NCBI GenBank assembly: GCA_026014495.1
Contig: JAOZIF010000067.1
Coordinates: 1-40,032, forward strand
Origin: Candidatus Bathyarchaeum sp.
Lineage (GTDB): Archaea; Thermoproteota; Bathyarchaeia; Bathyarchaeales; Bathyarchaeaceae
DNA: 40,032 nt
Direction: 5' to 3'
The notes below the pieces were generated by a model. That model was given only the letters and a program-made list of their open reading frames with translations, was not told the origin of the DNA and made no database searches. The translations under genes were made by a program, and so were the position numbers. Of the stretch, positions 36,581 to 40,032 are shown piece after piece. Numbering within the stretch: position 1 is the first letter of the stretch; each line of letters opens with the position of its first letter.

Positions 36581-37993
36581 TCAGTCGCCCTCCGATAATT
36601 TTCTGATGCAGCCGGGGTCAGACATAAGATAGTCGTCATGATACGCATAGGCTCTTGCTCTGCATCCGCCACAAACAAACTTGTAATCACATTTGCTGCA
36701 GCGCCCCTTTAGCTTTGCTCTGTCTCGCAGGTCATTTAAAACTGGAGAGTTAAACCAAATGTCTTCTATGCGTTCAGTCTTTAGATTTCCGACTACCAGT
36801 GGCATGAAAACACAAGGTTGAACGTCACCTTCTGGAGAGATTGCGCAATAGAATCGTCCAGCGCCACATCCGCCAATAAAGTCGGCTAGAGCTTTTGCTC
36901 TTTTGCTTACCTTAGCGGCTTCCATGTGTGCAAGAGGCAACACAATGTCCTCTTGGGTTGGAGAATGACACTGCAAAGCAACTCGAGCAAGTTGAGGCGT
37001 GGTGCTCAGTATCGCTATTTTATGGTCCTCAGACAATTGTTTATTGAAGTAGCGTAAAAGTTCCTCTCGCTCTTTTGGAGACGGATCAGCAGCAACTATC
37101 TCTTTGCCTCTACCTGTGGGAACAAAATTGAATAACGTAAACCTGTCAATTCCCATATTCTCAGCCATTTCAAGAACTGCAGGAATTTCTGTCAGATTAT
37201 TTTTAGTTCCAGTTATTGCGATGCATGTGCAGATTCCTTTGTTCATGCAGTTTTTTAATCCCTGTAAAGTCTGCTCAAAAGCCCCAGTTTTTCCCCTGAA
37301 GAAATCGTGCGTTTTAGCGTTAGCTCCATCAAGGCTAACTTCCACGTAATGGAGCCCAATTTCTTTGAGTTTTCTAACGTTTTCCTCGTTAAGCAAGGTT
37401 CCATTTGTAGCTAAAGAGACATACAGTCCCGCATCAACTGCGTGACGTGCAACTTCAAAGAAATCTTTTCTCATCAAGGGTTCACCCCCTGAAAAGGCTA
37501 AAGATGTTACACCAAAATCTGCTAATTGGTCCACAACTTTCATGGCTTCCTCGGTGGAGAGTTCCATCTTTGAGCTGCTGCCCGAGTCTGAGTAGCAGTG
37601 TTTGCATTTGAGGTTGCATTTGTATGTGAAATTCCATACAACAAGAAAGGGGGCATGAACTTGTATTGGACGGTTGAAACCAAACTCGGCAAATCCATAC
37701 ACTATGCTGTTTATGGCTCGTCTAACATAAGAGTCCGAGAAAAGTTTAGAAACACGGCTCTTTTCAACAGCTAACGATTTTTGTATAAATTTTATCCAGA
37801 ATTCTATGACTCTAACGTAAATGCTGCACGATGAGCAGTTTGAATGATTCTTGCCAGAATAATTGTCTAACGCAGTTTCAAGTGGGGTGTGATTACATTT
37901 TGAACAAGTTTTCAGAGCGGTGTTCAGCATCCATTTTACGGGAGGCAGCTTTAGGATTGCATTCCAGAGTTTTTCGTTTGTTAGCACATTCAT
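36581..37993 (-). CDS. Radical SAM/SPASM enzyme with an N-terminal CxxC...CxxC site, candidate GMGT synthase (Gms)-like
   Basis: CSKC-x19-CSSC; APFLVVWNFTYKCNLKCKHCY; SGGEP; FNFVPTGRG; SPASM motifs GGCGAGR...QPC...CSKC...CGGCRARAY...DPGC. The rSAM/SPASM call is firm; the Gms assignment is inference. Confidence 0.85.
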   Translation of the reverse strand: MNVLTNEKLWNAILKLPPVKWMLNTALKTCSKCNHTPLETALDNYSGKNHSNCSSCSIYVRVIEFWIKFIQKSLAVEKSRVSKLFSDSYVRRAINSIVYGFAEFGFNRPIQVHAPFLVVWNFTYKCNLKCKHCYSDSGSSSKMELSTEEAMKVVDQLADFGVTSLAFSGGEPLMRKDFFEVARHAVDAGLYVSLATNGTLLNEENVRKLKEIGLHYVEVSLDGANAKTHDFFRGKTGAFEQTLQGLKNCMNKGICTCIAITGTKNNLTEIPAVLEMAENMGIDRFTLFNFVPTGRGKEIVAADPSPKEREELLRYFNKQLSEDHKIAILSTTPQLARVALQCHSPTQEDIVLPLAHMEAAKVSKRAKALADFIGGCGAGRFYCAISPEGDVQPCVFMPLVVGNLKTERIEDIWFNSPVLNDLRDRAKLKGRCSKCDYKFVCGGCRARAYAYHDDYLMSDPGCIRKLSEGD

Positions 37994-38196
37994 TGAAATC
38001 GGTCCAAACTGATGGTTGGAGATACCGTATTAGGTTAGTAGTGGAAACGGAAAAAATAAACTTACCGAGAAAAAAGAGGCGTAAAACTCTAACAAAAAGC
38101 CACGTCAAATAACTTAACAGATTTTTGTAAAGCAACAATTTAAAAGCAATTCTCTAATTGTTTAGTCTAATGGTTAGCTCCAATAGGGTATGAAAA

Positions 38197-39597
38197 ATGA
38201 CGAACAAATCAGTCAAAATAGCGCTGGTAAATCCACCTACATTAAAAGGCGTCTATAGACACCAGCTTTATCTACCCATTGGATTAGCATACCTAGCCGC
38301 TGTTCTTGAAGAGAATGGACACGAAGTAACAGTGATGGATTGCCCAGCATTACACATGGATAACGAAGATTTAAGAAAAAAATTATCCAGCTTTGAACCA
38401 CAGATTGTTGGAATCACATCTATGACACCAACAATACAGTCTGCTCTTCTAGCTGCACAGGTTGCGAAAGAAGCCTGCCCTGAAGCAACAGTTGTTCTAG
38501 GAGGAGCCCACGCCACATTCATGGATGAACAACTAATCACAGAGCAAGCAATTGACATAGTAGTAAGGGGCGAGGGCGAAAAAACCATACTAGAACTAGC
38601 ACAAAATGTGTCCAACCCAAAAGCGCTCAATAGCATTGAAGGAATAACATTTAGAAACAACGGACAAACCGTTCGTACACCTAACAGAGACCTCATACAA
38701 AACCTTGACGAATTGCCACTTCCAGCATACAAACACTTCTCGTTAGAAAAATATCGGCTTTTTGGACGAAAAATACTTCCAATAATAAGCAGTCGAGGAT
38801 GCCCGTTCCAATGCTCGTTTTGTGTAACAAGTCGGATGTTTGGAAAAGCATTCCGTGCAAGAAGTCCCAAGAGTGTAGTGGATGAACTGGAATGGCTAAA
38901 AGATGTGCATGGAGCAGATGCATTCACGTTTTACGATGACACATTTACATTTGACAAAAAAAGAGCACTTGATATTTGTCAAGAAATGAAGAACCGAAAG
39001 ATTAAGATTCCATGGGATTGCCAAACAAGAGTTGACCAAGTGTCTAAAGACATGTTACAGACAATGAAAGAAGCTAACTGCCAACAGGTTTTCTTTGGAA
39101 TTGAATCAGGCTGCCAACAAATGCTCAACACCATGAAAAAAAGAACATCAATTGAGCAAAACGAGCAGGCAATCAAATGGGCAAAAGAAACAGGACTATT
39201 TGTCGCTGTACCCTTGATTATTGGGTATCCAGGAGAAACAAAAGACACATTCAAGCAAACACTTGAGTTCATCCGAAAAGTACAACCCGACGACGCGTAC
39301 ATATGCGTAGCAACACCTTACCCAGGCACTGAACTTCGCAAAACCGTTGAAAACAACGGATGGAAAATGTCTTCCAACTGGAGCCAATACGATACAATAA
39401 CACCAGTTTTCGAAAATCCTCTACTATCATCTGAAGACATCACAAAAATAAGAAGCAAATTCTACAACAGCTTTTACTCACCAACATACGTTATCAGACA
39501 ATCAATAAAAGGACTAAAAGGCAACTTTTATAGCAAAATTATGGCGCGAACCGCGATTAACCACATGATTTGGCGAGCAAAGTCAATATTTATGTGA
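38197..39597 (+). CDS. Cobalamin-binding (class B) radical SAM enzyme, probable methyltransferase
   Basis: B12 domain LPIGLAYLAA, VGITSMTP, GGAHAT, VRGEGE; rSAM motif SRGCPFQCSFC; YDDTFT, GIESG, IIGYPGET, TPYPGTEL. Confidence 0.92.
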   Translation: MTNKSVKIALVNPPTLKGVYRHQLYLPIGLAYLAAVLEENGHEVTVMDCPALHMDNEDLRKKLSSFEPQIVGITSMTPTIQSALLAAQVAKEACPEATVVLGGAHATFMDEQLITEQAIDIVVRGEGEKTILELAQNVSNPKALNSIEGITFRNNGQTVRTPNRDLIQNLDELPLPAYKHFSLEKYRLFGRKILPIISSRGCPFQCSFCVTSRMFGKAFRARSPKSVVDELEWLKDVHGADAFTFYDDTFTFDKKRALDICQEMKNRKIKIPWDCQTRVDQVSKDMLQTMKEANCQQVFFGIESGCQQMLNTMKKRTSIEQNEQAIKWAKETGLFVAVPLIIGYPGETKDTFKQTLEFIRKVQPDDAYICVATPYPGTELRKTVENNGWKMSSNWSQYDTITPVFENPLLSSEDITKIRSKFYNSFYSPTYVIRQSIKGLKGNFYSKIMARTAINHMIWRAKSIFM

Positions 39598-39616
39598 ACC
39601 AATAAAACAAAACCGA

Positions 39617-39666
39617 GCATATTAGGAGACTAATAGAGGTACATTGTTGAAAACTAGCTTTTTTTC
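39617..39666 (+). repeat. 50-bp dispersed element, copy 2
   Basis: gcatattaggagactaatagaggtacattgttgaaaactagctttttttc; same orientation as 13090-13139. Confidence 0.9.
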
Positions 39667-39741
39667 AAAAAAAAGTTACACGCACAAACTTGACAAAAAA
39701 GGTACAGCAACCAAATTAGAGTCTACTTTGCTTGTAGATTC

Positions 39742-39786
39742 AAAAAAAAAAGAAAAGGAGTGGACTTGAACCGTTTCGGTCAAGTC
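39742..39786 (-). terminator. Hairpin plus U-tract terminator of the last gene
   Basis: gacttg-a-accg-ttt-cggt-caagtc (39763-39786), then a long T run on the minus strand (plus-strand A run 39742-39756), 5 nt after the stop codon. Confidence 0.7.
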
Positions 39787-39790
39787 TTAC

Positions 39791-40032
39791 TTATTTTCGC
39801 TTTCTAAGCACGTAGAAGCTAACTACGCCGATACAAACAGCGACAACAACTGCTGCTATTATTGCTACTTCTGTGGTTATGAGTGATTCACTTGCAGTTT
39901 CTTCTGGCTCGGTCACAGGCTCTTCAGTTACAGGCTCTTCTGTTACGGGTTCTTCAGTGTCAGGTTCTTCTGGAGTTATTGGTGTTGAAGCAGAGACAGC
40001 AGGATCTACGCCTATCGCTGTTTCTGCGTATG
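39791..40032 (-). CDS. C-terminus of a membrane-anchored surface protein (partial, continues beyond the window)
   Basis: Manual translation: ...YAETAIGVDPAVSASTPITPEEPD(TEEPV)x3TEPEETASESLITTEVAIIAAVVVAVCIGVVSFYVLRKRK*; Pro/Glu linker, TM helix, basic tail. Confidence 0.85.
   Translation of the reverse strand, partial: YAETAIGVDPAVSASTPITPEEPDTEEPVTEEPVTEEPVTEPEETASESLITTEVAIIAAVVVAVCIGVVSFYVLRKRK
39914..39958 (-). repeat. Three 15-bp coding tandem repeats (TEEPV)
   Basis: act gaa gaa ccc gta / aca gaa gag cct gta / act gaa gag cct gtg on the minus strand. Confidence 0.85.

Noticed and set aside
3100-38049. gtggaaacg at 3102-3110, 15913-15921 and 38041-38049 as origin recognition boxes
   Set aside because: It lacks the TCCA half and G-string of ORBs, the copies are not clustered, there is no cdc6/orc1 nearby, and short matches of this length are expected by chance.
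720-39387. Short overlapping or antisense ORFs of the six-frame track (e.g. 2546..2962, 3039..3581, 7535..7936, 10139..10555, 24765..25298, 29702..30226, 38268..38927)
   Set aside because: Shadows of well-supported genes on the opposite strand or frame; no motifs or RBS.
13090-39666. Integrated element bounded by the two 50-bp direct repeats (attL/attR)
   Set aside because: The enclosed DNA carries core genes (gatCAB, PAC2, lipid and cob genes) and no integrase, and neither repeat overlaps a tRNA.

Overview
Archaeal chromosomal window, most consistent with Bathyarchaeia. This is an inference from gene content (CobY, GatCAB, PAC2, a tetraether synthase homolog, C-terminally anchored surface proteins); no rRNA or tRNA is visible to confirm it. 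Four blocks: (1) 1-3000, an AT-rich stretch with a membrane-anchored secreted protein, a probable pseudogene and an orphan ORF; (2) 3169-12531, a chemotaxis cluster (cheY-cheD-cheC-cheC-cheR-[PAS-PAS receptor-cheW]x2-cheB) with no cheA, cheF or archaellum gene; (3) 12689-20134, a minimal PD-(D/E)xK nuclease, surface proteins and gatC-gatA-PAC2/gatB; (4) 20277-39597, a dense region that I read as a candidate tetraether-lipid synthesis and tailoring cluster. Block 4 holds a DGGGP-synthase-like prenyltransferase coupled to a Tes/GDGT-MAS-like enzyme, a Gms-like radical SAM/SPASM enzyme divergent from a B12-dependent radical SAM enzyme, four glycosyltransferases, a sugar epimerase, DUF1616, DUF362, a HemN-like radical SAM enzyme and cobamide genes cobS, cobY and cobD. 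Non-coding signals include a 50-bp element present twice 26.5 kb apart (48/50 identical), an 83-nt hairpin upstream of gatC, a motif conserved upstream of both receptor genes, and G/T versus A/C skew blocks that switch inside genes. All family calls come from motif recognition by eye; no database search was run.
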